From Alphaproteobacteria bacterium (lineage in GTDB: Bacteria; Pseudomonadota; Alphaproteobacteria; JAAEOK01), in NCBI GenBank assembly GCA_024244705.1, contig JAAEOK010000060.1:27146-91145 (forward strand): a DNA stretch of 64,000 bases, in the 5' to 3' direction. This document shows positions 23,026 through 33,979 of this stretch, in pieces. The position numbers and the translations under genes were made by a program. Under the pieces are notes generated by a model. It saw only the letters and a list, made by a program, of their open reading frames with translations. It was not told the origin of the DNA and ran no database searches. The first letter of the stretch is position 1, and every line of letters begins with the position of its first letter.

Positions 23026-24077
23026 TTCTGTTCCTCCGCCTCGGCGGCGTTGCGGGAATTGGTGATCTCGACCATGCGATCGAGCGCGGCGCGCGCCCGG
23101 CCTTCGTCGATCGAGGCGGCGGCGAGCGTAGCACCTTCCCGGAGGCTTTGCGCCTTACCGGCGACGACGAGCCCGGCGGCCGTGGAAAGCAGAGTGAAAT
23201 CGCGATAGGGTGTCTTCTCACCGGCGAGAAGACCGCGCATTGCCTCGGCGTTGAACGCGGCATCGCCGCCTTTCAGCGCTTCGATCGGCGCCCGCTCCAG
23301 GCCGGCGTCCTCTGGAGTGATCTCGAACGTACGAACCTTGCCGTCCTCGTAGGCGGCGACATGGGTCGGTCCGGTCAGTGTGATCTCGTCGAGGCCATCC
23401 GAACCATGGACCACCCAGGCCCGTTCGTGGCCGAGCCGCCCGAGCACCTCGGCGATTGGCTCGACCCACTGTCGTGCGAAAACGCCAACCAAGAGGCGGC
23501 GAACATGAGCCGGGTTCGACAATGGACCGAGCAGGTTGAATATCGTCCTGGTGCCGAGTTCCACGCGCGGGCCGGCGACATGGCGCATGGCACTATGATG
23601 CCGCGGGGCCATCATGAACCCGATTTTTGCGTCGTGGATCGCCTGCTCGATGAGATCGAAATCCGCATCGATATTCACGCCCAATGCGGTCAGAACGTCG
23701 GCCGCTCCCGATTTCGATGAAATCGCCCGGTTGCCGTGTTTGGCGACCGCTACGCCGCATCCCGCGACCACCAACGCCGCGGTCGTGGAAACATTGAAGG
23801 TGCCGATTTCATCCCCGCCGGTACCGACAATATCGATGGCATCCGCCGGCGCTCGCATGCGGTGTACCTTGTTGCGCATGATGCGGGCCGCCCCGGCGAT
23901 CTCATCGACCGATTCGCCACGGACCCGGAGACCGAGCAGGAAACCGCCAATTTGCGCGGGCGTGGCGTCGCCCGACATCATAATGTCGAACGCCGCCTCG
24001 GCCTGATCCTGGGTTAGTCGCTTGCCTTGGGCGACGCATCCGATGAGCGATTTGAAACTAACGATTCCGCTTGTCAT
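23022..24077 (-). CDS. trpD: Anthranilate phosphoribosyltransferase
   Basis: [25 protein letters not shown]. Confidence 0.97.
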   Translation of the reverse strand: MTSGIVSFKSLIGCVAQGKRLTQDQAEAAFDIMMSGDATPAQIGGFLLGLRVRGESVDEIAGAARIMRNKVHRMRAPADAIDIVGTGGDEIGTFNVSTTAALVVAGCGVAVAKHGNRAISSKSGAADVLTALGVNIDADFDLIEQAIHDAKIGFMMAPRHHSAMRHVAGPRVELGTRTIFNLLGPLSNPAHVRRLLVGVFARQWVEPIAEVLGRLGHERAWVVHGSDGLDEITLTGPTHVAAYEDGKVRTFEITPEDAGLERAPIEALKGGDAAFNAEAMRGLLAGEKTPYRDFTLLSTAAGLVVAGKAQSLREGATLAAASIDEGRARAALDRMVEITNSRNAAEAEEQN

Positions 24078-24679
24078 GCCGCCGCACTCTTGGCCGCCGG
24101 GTTCGGTTCATGGCCAGTGATCCGCAGGAAATTTGCGAGCAGGGCGTGGCCGTGTTCCGAGGCGATACTCTCGGGATGGAACTGGACGCCATAGACCGGG
24201 AATTCGGAATGCGCCAGCGCCATGACCAAGCCGTCATCGGTTTCGGCGGTCACGTGCAGGCAACTCGGTAGGGAGTCGCGGGTCACGATCAGGGAATGGT
24301 AGCGCGTGGCATCGAATGGATTGGGTAGTTCGGCAAATATACCCTGGCCCGTATGCCGGATAGAGCTGAGCTTGCCATGCATACACACCGGCGCACGCTC
24401 GACCCGGCCGCCGAAGGCCTGTCCGATGGCCTGATGACCGAGGCAAACCCCGAGAATTGGGATCGTACCGGCGGCCAACTCAATGAGGTCGAGGCAGATT
24501 CCCGCCTTGTCGGGATCGCACGGGCCCGGCGACAGCACGATGCCGCGCGGGTTCTTGGCCACCACCGCGGCGGCGCTCAGCGCGTCGTTGCGGTGGACCT
24601 CGACGTCGGCGTCCAACTCACCCAGAAAATGGACCAGGTTCCAAGTGAAGCTGTCATAGTTGTCAATGAGTACATACAT
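24074..24679 (-). CDS. trpG: Anthranilate synthase component II
   Basis: [27 protein letters not shown]. Confidence 0.96.
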   Translation of the reverse strand: MYVLIDNYDSFTWNLVHFLGELDADVEVHRNDALSAAAVVAKNPRGIVLSPGPCDPDKAGICLDLIELAAGTIPILGVCLGHQAIGQAFGGRVERAPVCMHGKLSSIRHTGQGIFAELPNPFDATRYHSLIVTRDSLPSCLHVTAETDDGLVMALAHSEFPVYGVQFHPESIASEHGHALLANFLRITGHEPNPAAKSAAA

Positions 24680-24807
24680 CGCAGCAGTTTAGTTCTGTTC
24701 TCTTAAGATAATTGTTTAATTGCAATTGCCCCCTTATATCAGGTTCCGAGGGAACCGTAAAAGGCGGCGTTGAGGGCTTGTCGGGAGACCGCCTGAAGCA
24801 GCTTCAA

Positions 24808-26313
24808 TCAACGGCCGGCGGCGAACCGCACCGCTTCCTCGGCCGCTCGGATTAACGCCTTGGCCTTATTCAGGCTCTCCTGGTACTCGGCCTCCGGGTC
24901 GCTGTCGGCAACGATGCCACCGCCGGCCTGAATATAGGCAGTGCCATCCTTGACCAACGCGGTACGAAGCGCGATGCAGGTGTCCATCGATCCGTTGGCC
25001 GCGAAATAGCCGATCGCCCCGGCATAGGCGCCCCGCCGTTCGGTCTCCAATTCGTCGATGATCTCCATCGCCCGCACTTTGGGCGCACCACTGACTGTGC
25101 CGGCCGGAAATCCGCCAATCAATGCATCGACCGCGCTCATATCGGCGCGAATTCGGCCTTCGACGTTGGATGCGATGTGCATGACGTGGGAGTAGTACTC
25201 GATCGACATTTGCTCGGTAACCCGAACCGAACCGATTTCGGCGACCCGTCCAACGTCGTTGCGGCCGAGGTCGAGCAACATGAGATGCTCGGCGAGTTCC
25301 TTGGGATCGGCCAGCAAATCGGCGGCAAGGGCCTTGTCTTCTTCGCGGTCGGCGCCACGGCGGCGGGTGCCGGCGATGGGTCGGATCGTCACCGTCCCGT
25401 CGCGCAGCCTGACCAGGATTTCGGGGCTCGAGCCGACGATCGAGAAGCCGCCGAAATTGAAGAAAAACAAGAATGGCGACGGGTTGAGCCGACGCAACGA
25501 ACGATAGAGGGTGAAGGGGGGCAGGCGAAAGGGCAGACGGAACCGCTGCGATGCGACGACCTGAAAGATATCGCCGGCGCGAATATATTCCTTCGCGCGC
25601 TCCACCATCGCGTGGTAGGCGGCGCGGCTCACGTTCGATTCCGGTTCCGGCAGTGTTTGTAAATCGGCGGCCGGTTCGCGCCGGTAGGGAAGGTTTCGCT
25701 CGAGATCGGAAACAACGTCGGCAAGCCGCTCTCGAGCCATGTCGAATGCGCCCCGAACGTCGATGCCCGGCTCCGGCCACACCGGCGTAATGACGGTAAC
25801 CTGGTCCTCGATACTGTCGAAGACGGCGACCACGGTGGGCCGGATGAAGATGCTCTCGGGAATACCCAGGACATCGGGGTTGTTGTCGGGCAGCAATTCC
25901 ATCTGCCGGACCATGTCATATCCCATATAGCCGAAGAGCCCCGACGCCATCGGCGGTAACGATTCGGGAACCACGATGCGCGACTCTGCCAGCAGGTCGC
26001 GAAAAGAATCGAGCGGCGGGCCCGTGACAGGATCGAAGGCGTCGGGGTCATATCGCGCGCGGCGATTGACTTCGGCCCGGCCATTCACGCACCGCCAGAT
26101 CAGGTCCGGCTTAAGTCCGATCAGCGAATATCGGCCGCGGGCAGCGCCACCCTCGACGGATTCCAAAAGAAAACTGTTCGGACGTTCCTCGGCCAGCTTT
26201 AGCATCGCCGATACTGGAGTTTCCAAGTCGGCAACCAGGGTCGTCCAAACGACTTGCGGCCGACCTTTGCTGTAAGCCGTGGCGAAGCTGTCGTAGTCCG
26301 GCGAGGCGCGCAC
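24808..26313 (-). CDS. trpE: Anthranilate synthase component I
   Basis: LLESV, GDIFQVV, NPSP, EHLMLLDLGRND, GTVSGAPK. Confidence 0.97.
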   Translation of the reverse strand: MRASPDYDSFATAYSKGRPQVVWTTLVADLETPVSAMLKLAEERPNSFLLESVEGGAARGRYSLIGLKPDLIWRCVNGRAEVNRRARYDPDAFDPVTGPPLDSFRDLLAESRIVVPESLPPMASGLFGYMGYDMVRQMELLPDNNPDVLGIPESIFIRPTVVAVFDSIEDQVTVITPVWPEPGIDVRGAFDMARERLADVVSDLERNLPYRREPAADLQTLPEPESNVSRAAYHAMVERAKEYIRAGDIFQVVASQRFRLPFRLPPFTLYRSLRRLNPSPFLFFFNFGGFSIVGSSPEILVRLRDGTVTIRPIAGTRRRGADREEDKALAADLLADPKELAEHLMLLDLGRNDVGRVAEIGSVRVTEQMSIEYYSHVMHIASNVEGRIRADMSAVDALIGGFPAGTVSGAPKVRAMEIIDELETERRGAYAGAIGYFAANGSMDTCIALRTALVKDGTAYIQAGGGIVADSDPEAEYQESLNKAKALIRAAEEAVRFAAGR

Positions 26314-26316
26314 GGA

Positions 26317-28191
26317 CTAGAGGATGCTCTCGATCACGGGCCGGTTTATCGTGACCTCGTGATCTTGCCGGATGGCGCGGTCGAGCTGCTCGAGAATGTC
26401 GGCCTTCACCGCATTCGTCGTCTGACCTTGCAGGCGCTGAACGGTCTCTTCGTCGTCGCCGGGTTCGGCGGGAATAATTTCTTTCAGCTCGATGATCGCG
26501 TAGCCGTCGTTCGAGGCGGCCATGGCCGGCTCACCGAAACCGACCTTGAACAGCTCAGCAGTTACCGCGGCCGAAACGCCGGCGCCGATATCTTGTTCCG
26601 TCCGCGTCACCGGTCGACTGGTCGCCACACGAAGATCCTGTTCTGTGCCCAAATCGACAAGGGTCCACGACCCCTTGGCCAGATTGAGCAGGTCCGAGGC
26701 ATACTCCTTGGCTGCCTCCCGCCGTCTTTCCTCGATGACAGCCTCCTTCACTGCATCCATGACGCTATCGAAGGGCCGCGGCGCCTCACCATCGATCGAA
26801 TCGACGCGCAACAGGAAATACCCCTCGGTCGTTTCGGTGAGGAAGCTGTCGAGCCCGGGCTCCGATTCGAAAGCGACCGACAAGAAGCTTGAATTGCCCG
26901 GTATGTCAGCGACCGGCTTTCCGTCGGGGTCCATGCCATTACCGTCCACGGCGGGGATTCGAAGGATATCGAGATTCAGGCCGGCCGCCGCCTCTTCGAG
27001 CGTTGCGCCGCCGCCCAACTCGTCCTCCAGGAGGTTCGCGAGATCGGCCAGCACATCGACGGACTGATCCCGCGCCAACGATTCGCGGAGCATTTCCCGA
27101 ACCTCGTCAAATTCGATTACGGCGCCTGGAACGATGGTCGTGACTTGAAGAATGTGCCAACCGAAGGGGCTCTGAACCGGCGTGCTGATTTCACCGTCGC
27201 CGAGCGCGAACGCCGCGTCGCCGAGTTCGGTGAAGGGAAGCTGGTCTTTGGTTATTTCGCCCAGTTCAATCGGGGATCCGTCGGCAATTTCCGTCGCAAC
27301 GGCATCCAATGAGCGCCCTTCCAGGAGGAGTGATTCGGCCTGTTTGGCTTTGTCCTCTTCGCGCAGGACGATCTGCCGAATACCACGTTTCTCCGGCGTC
27401 TCGAACTCTGCGCGGCGACTGTCGTAAGCGTCGCGAAGGGCCTCTTCGTCGACACCGATTTCGTCCAACACCGCCTCCGGCTCGAGCACGATGGCGGTTA
27501 TTTCCCGGTACTCGGGCGCCATGTAGTCGTCTGTGCGCGAGTCGTAATAGGCGCGGAGCTCGCTGTCGGTCGGGGTCGCCACGATTTGATCCTCCGCACG
27601 CACTTCAAGCACGTCGGCAACGCGTCGTTCGTTACGGTAGGCGTAAAGTCGATCGAACAGAAGACGCGGCGCCTCTTCGAGCATCGCGACGCTGCTCACC
27701 AATTGGCGGCGCGCCATGTCTTCGCGCAGAACTTCGACATAGGTCGCTTCGTCGAGGCCGTTATTGCGAAGAACCGCGAGAAACACGTTGGCATCGAATT
27801 GGCCGAACTGATTGCGGAACGCAGGATCCAATTGGATCGAACGCCTAATCAAATCCTCCGAAATCGTGACCCCCATCTCCTTCGCCTTGACGTCGAGCAA
27901 GGCCTCGGCGATCAAACGGTCGAGCGCTTGATCGACGAGACCGATCTGTTGCGCCTGCCTGGAATCGATTTGAACTCCTAGCTGTTGCTGCAACCGTTGG
28001 ACCGAAAGCTGAAATTCACGAGCCAGGGAAGCCGCATTTATCTCCATCGGCCCGACTTCGGCGACCACATCCGATTGAACGCCGGTACGAAGGATATCGC
28101 CGATGCCCCATACACCGAAGCTGAGGACCAGCAGCCCAAAGAGAATCTTTGCGAAAATCGAGGCCGTTTTCTTGCGTAGGGCCTGGAGCAT
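26317..28191 (-). CDS. ppiD: PpiD-like periplasmic chaperone/parvulin PPIase with SurA N-terminal domain
   Basis: N-terminal TM anchor (SFGVWGI), PVQSPFGWHI; tpiA/ppiD/trpE synteny. Confidence 0.85.
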   Translation of the reverse strand: MLQALRKKTASIFAKILFGLLVLSFGVWGIGDILRTGVQSDVVAEVGPMEINAASLAREFQLSVQRLQQQLGVQIDSRQAQQIGLVDQALDRLIAEALLDVKAKEMGVTISEDLIRRSIQLDPAFRNQFGQFDANVFLAVLRNNGLDEATYVEVLREDMARRQLVSSVAMLEEAPRLLFDRLYAYRNERRVADVLEVRAEDQIVATPTDSELRAYYDSRTDDYMAPEYREITAIVLEPEAVLDEIGVDEEALRDAYDSRRAEFETPEKRGIRQIVLREEDKAKQAESLLLEGRSLDAVATEIADGSPIELGEITKDQLPFTELGDAAFALGDGEISTPVQSPFGWHILQVTTIVPGAVIEFDEVREMLRESLARDQSVDVLADLANLLEDELGGGATLEEAAAGLNLDILRIPAVDGNGMDPDGKPVADIPGNSSFLSVAFESEPGLDSFLTETTEGYFLLRVDSIDGEAPRPFDSVMDAVKEAVIEERRREAAKEYASDLLNLAKGSWTLVDLGTEQDLRVATSRPVTRTEQDIGAGVSAAVTAELFKVGFGEPAMAASNDGYAIIELKEIIPAEPGDDEETVQRLQGQTTNAVKADILEQLDRAIRQDHEVTINRPVIESIL

Positions 28192-28360
28192 TGCGAGCCT
28201 TTCCGTTTAGGGCGCGTACCGAATTTCTGGTCCGAGATTGGGCGCGGATAATATGAACGCGCGGTGGCCGCGGCAATAACGGATTCCGTCCTACCGCACT
28301 TTGATCCCGCCTGACCATGTGATAATTAGCGCCACCGACGGCAAGCTAGCGAAATTACCG

Positions 28361-29119
28361 ATGCCCCCATTAGACCGTACTTTGATTGCCGGCAATTGGA
28401 AAATGAACGGCAATCGGGAAATGACCCGCGGCTTTGTCACGGGCCTGCGCGCCGTCTTGGATACGGTCGGGCGATCGCCCTGCGATGTTGTGATCTGCCC
28501 GCCGGCACATCTTATCGGGATAATGGCGGATTTGGCCGACGGCAGTTCGATCGCCATCGGCGGACAAGATTGCCACGTCGAGGAATCGGGGGCGCACACC
28601 GGTGACATTGCGGCGGAAATGTTGGCCGACGCCGGCGCCGAATTGGTTATCGTCGGGCATTCGGAACGTCGCACAGACCACAACGAGACGAGCGATCTGG
28701 TGCGAAACAAGGCCGCCGCCGCACACCGAGCCGGCCTGACCGCGATCGTCTGCCTCGGCGAAACCGAATCCGAGCGCGATTCCGGGGCGGCGCTATCCGT
28801 CGTCGAGGAACAGCTGGCGGTATCCGTTCCGCATTCCTGCGACGCGACGAACACGGTGGTCGCCTATGAGCCGGTGTGGGCGATCGGTACCGGGCGCACC
28901 CCGACCCTCGATGACGTTGCCGAAATTCACGCCCAGCTTCGGCGCCAGCTTAGTGAGCGGTTCCCCAGCGGTCCGGCCGTTCGGTTGCTCTATGGGGGCT
29001 CCGTCAAACCGAACAACGCCGCCAAACTGCTGGCGATCGACAATGTCGACGGCGCACTCGTCGGCGGCGCCAGCCTCGACCTCCGGGATTTCCTAGCCAT
29101 CATTGACAGTTGTCCCTAG
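28361..29119 (+). CDS. tpiA: Triosephosphate isomerase
   Basis: [31 protein letters not shown]. Confidence 0.98.
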   Translation: MPPLDRTLIAGNWKMNGNREMTRGFVTGLRAVLDTVGRSPCDVVICPPAHLIGIMADLADGSSIAIGGQDCHVEESGAHTGDIAAEMLADAGAELVIVGHSERRTDHNETSDLVRNKAAAAHRAGLTAIVCLGETESERDSGAALSVVEEQLAVSVPHSCDATNTVVAYEPVWAIGTGRTPTLDDVAEIHAQLRRQLSERFPSGPAVRLLYGGSVKPNNAAKLLAIDNVDGALVGGASLDLRDFLAIIDSCP

Positions 29120-29196
29120 CGCAACGATCTAAGAGTGGGTAAAAGACGCTCAGTTTGGAGAGCCCGCCTCAAGGTGGGCTTCGGAGAGACGAGTTC

Positions 29197-29529
29197 ATGA
29201 CAGCGGTTTTGCTAGCTATTCACATTTTGATCACGGTCGCGCTGGTCGCATCGGTTCTGTTGCAGCGAAGTGAGGGCGGCGCCTTGGGAATTGGCGGTGG
29301 CGGCGGCGGTGGTGGCCTTATGAGTGGGCGCGCGGCCGGCAACGTGTTGACGAAAACGACGGCGATCTTGGCCGCGGGGTTCATGTTGACCAGCATATTA
29401 TTGGCAATCCTGGCTGGCGGTCGCGATGGCGGGTCCATTCTTGACGGACCTGTCGCGCCGATCGAGGCACCCGCTGCGCCCTCGGAACCGGCGCAGCCGG
29501 CGACGCCAAGCGCCCCGATCAGCGACTGA
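29197..29529 (+). CDS. secG: Preprotein translocase subunit SecG
   Basis: TM-VLLQRSEGG-Gly linker-TM; tpiA-secG-pyrG synteny. Confidence 0.93.
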   Translation: MTAVLLAIHILITVALVASVLLQRSEGGALGIGGGGGGGGLMSGRAAGNVLTKTTAILAAGFMLTSILLAILAGGRDGGSILDGPVAPIEAPAAPSEPAQPATPSAPISD

Positions 29530-29623
29530 TCATATGATCGAATACCGTTAAGATTCGTGAGGCGGCACATTAGCCGCCTCTTCTTCTTGGGAATGCAACA
29601 AAGTTCGTTTAAGGTGGAGGTCC

Positions 29624-31252
29624 ATGACGCGGTTCATCTTTATCACCGGCGGCGTGGTCTCCTCTCTCGGTAAAGGTCTGTCGGCGGCGGCGCTCGGCGC
29701 GTTGCTCCAGGCGCGCGGTTTTTCGGTCAGGCTGCGAAAGCTTGATCCCTATCTGAACGTCGATCCGGGAACGATGAGCCCTTACCAGCATGGCGAGGTC
29801 TATGTCACCGACGATGGCGCGGAGACCGACCTCGACCTCGGCCACTACGAGCGTTACACCGGGGTCGCGGCCCGCCAGTCCGACAACGTGACCTCCGGCC
29901 GCATTTATCGGGACGTGATAAGCCGCGAACGCCACGGCGATTATCTGGGGGCGACGGTTCAAGTCATTCCCCACGTCACCGATGCGATAAAGGAGTTTGT
30001 GCGGGCCGATTCCGACGAAACCGACTTCTTGCTATGCGAAATCGGCGGAACCGTCGGCGACATCGAGGGGTTGCCATTTACCGAGGCAATCCGGCAACTC
30101 GGCAACGAGCTCGGGCGCGAGCGTGCCTGTTATGTGCATCTGACGCTGCTGCCCTATATCCCCGCCGCGGGCGAGCTAAAGACCAAACCGACGCAGCATT
30201 CGGTCAAGGAATTGCTTAATGTCGGAATTCAGCCAGATGTCCTGCTGTGCCGCAGCGACCGCACGATTCCGGCGGACGCTCGGCGCAAGATTGCCTTGTT
30301 CTGTAATATCCCCGAACCGGCCGTTATTCCTGCTCTCGACGTGGCGAATATCTATGAGGTGCCGCTGCGCTACCACGACGAAGGGTTCGACGACGCGGTC
30401 TTTGCCCATTTCAAGATGACGCCACCGGAACCCGATCTGTCGCGGTGGGAGGATATCGTCGAGCGGCTCGACAAACCGGAAGGCGAGGTCACTATTGCCG
30501 TTGTCGGTAAATACACCGGGCTCCCCGATGCCTACAAATCGCTGGCCGAGGCCTTGGCGCATGGCGGAATCGCCAATCGGGTCAGTGTCAATCTCGATTG
30601 GATCGAATCGGAGATATTCGAGGATGGTGGTGCCGTCCATCAGCTCGACGGTGTCCACGGGATCTTGGTGCCAGGTGGATTTGGTGAACGCGGCGCCGAA
30701 GGGAAGGTCGAGGCGGCCCGATTCGCGCGGGAGAAAAAGGTGCCATATTTCGGAATCTGCTTCGGCATGCAGATGGCGGTAATAGAAGCGGCACGAAACC
30801 TGGCCGGGCTTCCGGCCGCCAGTTCGACGGAATTCGGCAAGACCAACGAACCGGTCGTCGCGCTGATGACCGAGTGGATGCGCGGCAACGCGCTCGAAAA
30901 ACGGTCCGCCGACGGCAATCTCGGCGGTACGATGCGGCTCGGAGCCTACGAGGCGGTTTTGACGCCGGATAGCAAGGTCAGCGAGATCTATGGCGGCGCG
31001 CCTACGATCAGCGAGCGGCACCGTCATCGCTGGGAAGTCAACAACACCTATGCCGAACGCCTCGAGCAGGCCGGACTACGGTTTTCCGGCATGTCGCCGG
31101 ATGGCGAGTTGCCTGAAATCGTCGAGCTGCCCGATCATCCTTGGTATGTGGGTGTGCAATTCCATCCCGAGCTCAAATCAAAGCCGTTTGAGCCGCACCC
31201 GCTTTTTGCGTCCTTCGTCGAAGCCGCCGTCAAGCAATCTAGGCTCGTCTAG
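29624..31252 (+). CDS. pyrG: CTP synthase
   Basis: [31 protein letters not shown]. Confidence 0.98.
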   Translation: MTRFIFITGGVVSSLGKGLSAAALGALLQARGFSVRLRKLDPYLNVDPGTMSPYQHGEVYVTDDGAETDLDLGHYERYTGVAARQSDNVTSGRIYRDVISRERHGDYLGATVQVIPHVTDAIKEFVRADSDETDFLLCEIGGTVGDIEGLPFTEAIRQLGNELGRERACYVHLTLLPYIPAAGELKTKPTQHSVKELLNVGIQPDVLLCRSDRTIPADARRKIALFCNIPEPAVIPALDVANIYEVPLRYHDEGFDDAVFAHFKMTPPEPDLSRWEDIVERLDKPEGEVTIAVVGKYTGLPDAYKSLAEALAHGGIANRVSVNLDWIESEIFEDGGAVHQLDGVHGILVPGGFGERGAEGKVEAARFAREKKVPYFGICFGMQMAVIEAARNLAGLPAASSTEFGKTNEPVVALMTEWMRGNALEKRSADGNLGGTMRLGAYEAVLTPDSKVSEIYGGAPTISERHRHRWEVNNTYAERLEQAGLRFSGMSPDGELPEIVELPDHPWYVGVQFHPELKSKPFEPHPLFASFVEAAVKQSRLV

Positions 31253-31256
31253 CGCC

Positions 31257-32084
31257 ATGAGCGCACTGCACCACGTTGCCGTTGGCGGCCTCGAAATCGG
31301 TAACGATCTGCCGTTGACGTTGATCGCCGGTCCCTGTGCATTGGAGAGCCGGGCCCATGCCTTGGAAACGTCGTCTGCACTTCGCGAGATCGCCGGCAAG
31401 CTCGGCATCGGTCTGATATACAAAACCTCGTTCGACAAGGCCAATCGAACCAGTTTGCAGAGTCCTCGTGGCCTCGGCTTGGCCGAATCCCTTCCGATCC
31501 TGGCGGAAATTAGGGACAGCGTCGGCGTCCCGGTGTTGACCGATGTGCACGAGTCCGGCCAGTGCGCGGCGACCGCAGAAGCGGTCGATGTTCTGCAAAT
31601 ACCCGCCTTCCTCTGCCGTCAGACCGATCTTCTGGTCGCCGCCGGCGAAACCGGCAGCGCCATAAACGTCAAAAAGGGTCAGTTTCTTGCGCCCTGGGAT
31701 ATGACGAATGTGGTGTCGAAGATCGAAGCAACCGGAAATCGCCGCATTTTGCTGACCGAACGCGGCGCCAGTTTCGGCTACAACACGTTGGTTTCGGATC
31801 TGCGGTCGCTACCGATCATGTCGGCGACCGGCTACCCGGTCGTGTTCGACGCGACACACAGCGTGCAACAGCCAGGCGGACAAGGCGCCAGGAGCGGTGG
31901 CGAGCGTGAATTTGTACCGGTTTTGGCGCGAGCCGCGGTCGCCGTCGGCGTTGCCGCCGTTTTTCTCGAAACCCACCAAGATCCCGATGCCGCGCCAAGT
32001 GACGGGCCGAACATGATCCCGCTGTCGGCACTCCAGACGCTACTCGAGAAGTTGATCGCTTTCGATCGCGTGGCCAAGATTTAG
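31257..32084 (+). CDS. kdsA: KDO8P synthase
   Basis: [34 protein letters not shown]. Confidence 0.97.
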   Translation: MSALHHVAVGGLEIGNDLPLTLIAGPCALESRAHALETSSALREIAGKLGIGLIYKTSFDKANRTSLQSPRGLGLAESLPILAEIRDSVGVPVLTDVHESGQCAATAEAVDVLQIPAFLCRQTDLLVAAGETGSAINVKKGQFLAPWDMTNVVSKIEATGNRRILLTERGASFGYNTLVSDLRSLPIMSATGYPVVFDATHSVQQPGGQGARSGGEREFVPVLARAAVAVGVAAVFLETHQDPDAAPSDGPNMIPLSALQTLLEKLIAFDRVAKI

Positions 32085-32107
32085 AGAACCTCCCGCACGG
32101 GCAAGAA

Positions 32108-32154
32108 TTGACGCGGAATACAGGGGCCGGTCATTTCTCCCGGTAAATTTACCG
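32108..32154 (+). promoter_or_regulatory. Candidate promoter and 14-bp palindromic operator
   Basis: TTGACG 32108-32113; perfect palindrome CGGTAAATTTACCG 32141-32154. Confidence 0.45.
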
Positions 32155-32412
32155 AATCTAAAAACTTGAACGGCAGGATCGCCTGACGACGGCGCACGCG
32201 AGCGTTCATTGTTCCGAACCTTGTGGAAGGCGCCTAGCGAGAAGGTGGATCGGGGTCGCGGCGAATCGCCGCCTCCTTACCTTCGTTGAAGGTGAGGATT
32301 CCCGGATCGACTTGATTATTGGAGGCATCGGGCGCGGACCACGCGGCGACCCGACTGCCGCCCGGCGACCTCAAGAGTTGCGGGGCCGGGTACTGACGCA
32401 TGGAGCGGTCGA

Positions 32413-33852
32413 GTGCGGCTAAGTGATGTTCTGCTCGCAAAGGGTATTGTAACTACCGAAGAGGTCGCAAGCGCGATTGCGCGCCAGCGCAGTCATGGTG
32501 GGCCCCTTACCGATAACTTGCTGGCATTGGGATTAATCTCGATCGTCGATCTCGATGCGATCCTGAAGCAGGTGCCGATCGCGCCGTCGACGATCGCCGA
32601 TACCGGCCTCAAAACAGAATATTTGATCACCTTGTTGGCGAAATCCATTCGCGTCCTCAATCTGACCGCGATTGGCGAAATCCGGGATGCGATGAAACTT
32701 CCGACCTCGGTTCTGGAGAACGTGCTGCAGGAAGGCGTCACGCGCGGACTTTGGGAAGTATCCGGACACGAGGGCGGAGACGGAAGTTCCGGTGCGCGTT
32801 ACCGTCTTACACAATCGGGCAGGAAGTTCGCCGACGAGGTTTTCGACCAGAATCAGTATGTCGGGCCGGCGCCAGTTTCGCTAGGTGCGTATCATGCCCA
32901 GGTCCGCAAACAGGCCATCGGCGGCGAGCGCGTTGCGCCGGAGCGGGTGGCGAAGGTGTTTTCGGATCTTGTGGTTTCGGAAAAGTGCCTGCGACGACTT
33001 GGACCCGCGCTCAATTCCGGCAAATCATTGCTCCTCTACGGGCCGCCCGGAAACGGAAAGACCACAATCGCCCAGCAGATCGGAAAAGTGTTCGAGGACA
33101 TCATCTTCATTCCCTACTGCATCGAAGTGGGCGGGGAGATCATCCGGGTGCTCGATCCCAGTCTCCACGAAATCGTGGCGACCGACGATGCCAGTGCCCA
33201 CGCGACTCTGGTTCGCCGCGAGGGGATAGATGCGCGCTGGATCGCGTGTCACCGTCCTTTCATCGTCACCGGTGGCGAGTTGAGCCTGGAAATGCTCGAT
33301 CTGAGCTTCAACAGCATTTCCAAGTTTTACGAGATGCCGGTGCACCTCAAGGCCCAGGGCGGCACGTTCGTCGTTGACGATTTCGGCCGCCAGTTGGTCA
33401 AGCCCGAAGAGCTTCTTAACCGTTGGATCGTGCCGCTCGAGCAGGGCGTGGATTACCTCAAATTACATACCGGTAAGACGTTGCAGGTGCCGTTCGATCA
33501 GCTGACGATTTTCTCGACCAACCTGACGCCTGAGAATCTGATGGATGCGGCGTTCTTGCGTCGGATCCCCTACAAAATGCTGATCGGAGAACCGAGCGTG
33601 GATGAGTTCAAGGAAATATTCCGCCGTGTTTGCCAAGGCCGCGATATCGCCTGGTCGGACGAGGATGCGGACAGGATTATCGCGCATATGAACGCAATCC
33701 CCGGGCATCAATTGGCCCGCTACCAGGCCAAGTTCCTCACCGATCAAATCGCGACCGCGGCACGCTTCGCTGGCGCGCCAATAGAATTCCATCCGGATAT
33801 GATCGACGATGCCATTTCGAATCTGTACGCGCAGGATTCCGAGGGTTCATGA
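32413..33852 (+). CDS. AAA+ ATPase of unknown function with N-terminal MshEN-like repeats and winged-helix region
   Basis: RLSDVLLAKGIV..Q / PLTDNLLALGLI repeats; Walker A GPPGNGKT; Walker B-like FVVDD; STN sensor; FLRR Arg finger; GGAG SD before GTG. Confidence 0.85.
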   Translation: MRLSDVLLAKGIVTTEEVASAIARQRSHGGPLTDNLLALGLISIVDLDAILKQVPIAPSTIADTGLKTEYLITLLAKSIRVLNLTAIGEIRDAMKLPTSVLENVLQEGVTRGLWEVSGHEGGDGSSGARYRLTQSGRKFADEVFDQNQYVGPAPVSLGAYHAQVRKQAIGGERVAPERVAKVFSDLVVSEKCLRRLGPALNSGKSLLLYGPPGNGKTTIAQQIGKVFEDIIFIPYCIEVGGEIIRVLDPSLHEIVATDDASAHATLVRREGIDARWIACHRPFIVTGGELSLEMLDLSFNSISKFYEMPVHLKAQGGTFVVDDFGRQLVKPEELLNRWIVPLEQGVDYLKLHTGKTLQVPFDQLTIFSTNLTPENLMDAAFLRRIPYKMLIGEPSVDEFKEIFRRVCQGRDIAWSDEDADRIIAHMNAIPGHQLARYQAKFLTDQIATAARFAGAPIEFHPDMIDDAISNLYAQDSEGS

Positions 33853-33979
33853 GCGTGCTGATTTCCCGGGATCGTGTTCAAATGTCTGTACTCCTGCCCG
33901 TGGTGAATTTCGGGACTCGATCCGATCGACGGGGTTTTGAAAACGATCGATCGAAGTTGACACGAAAGGTGTGATTGCG

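Noticed and set aside
24686-24720. Possible LexA box (two GTTC) or CtrA box (two TTAA) upstream of trpG
   Set aside because: Spacing is wrong: 1 nt between the GTTC copies and 9 nt between the TTAA copies, where 7 is required
29293-29316. GGC/GGT triplet run in secG, and the GGM repeats at the end of groEL
   Set aside because: Normal Gly-rich linker and tail, not contingency repeats
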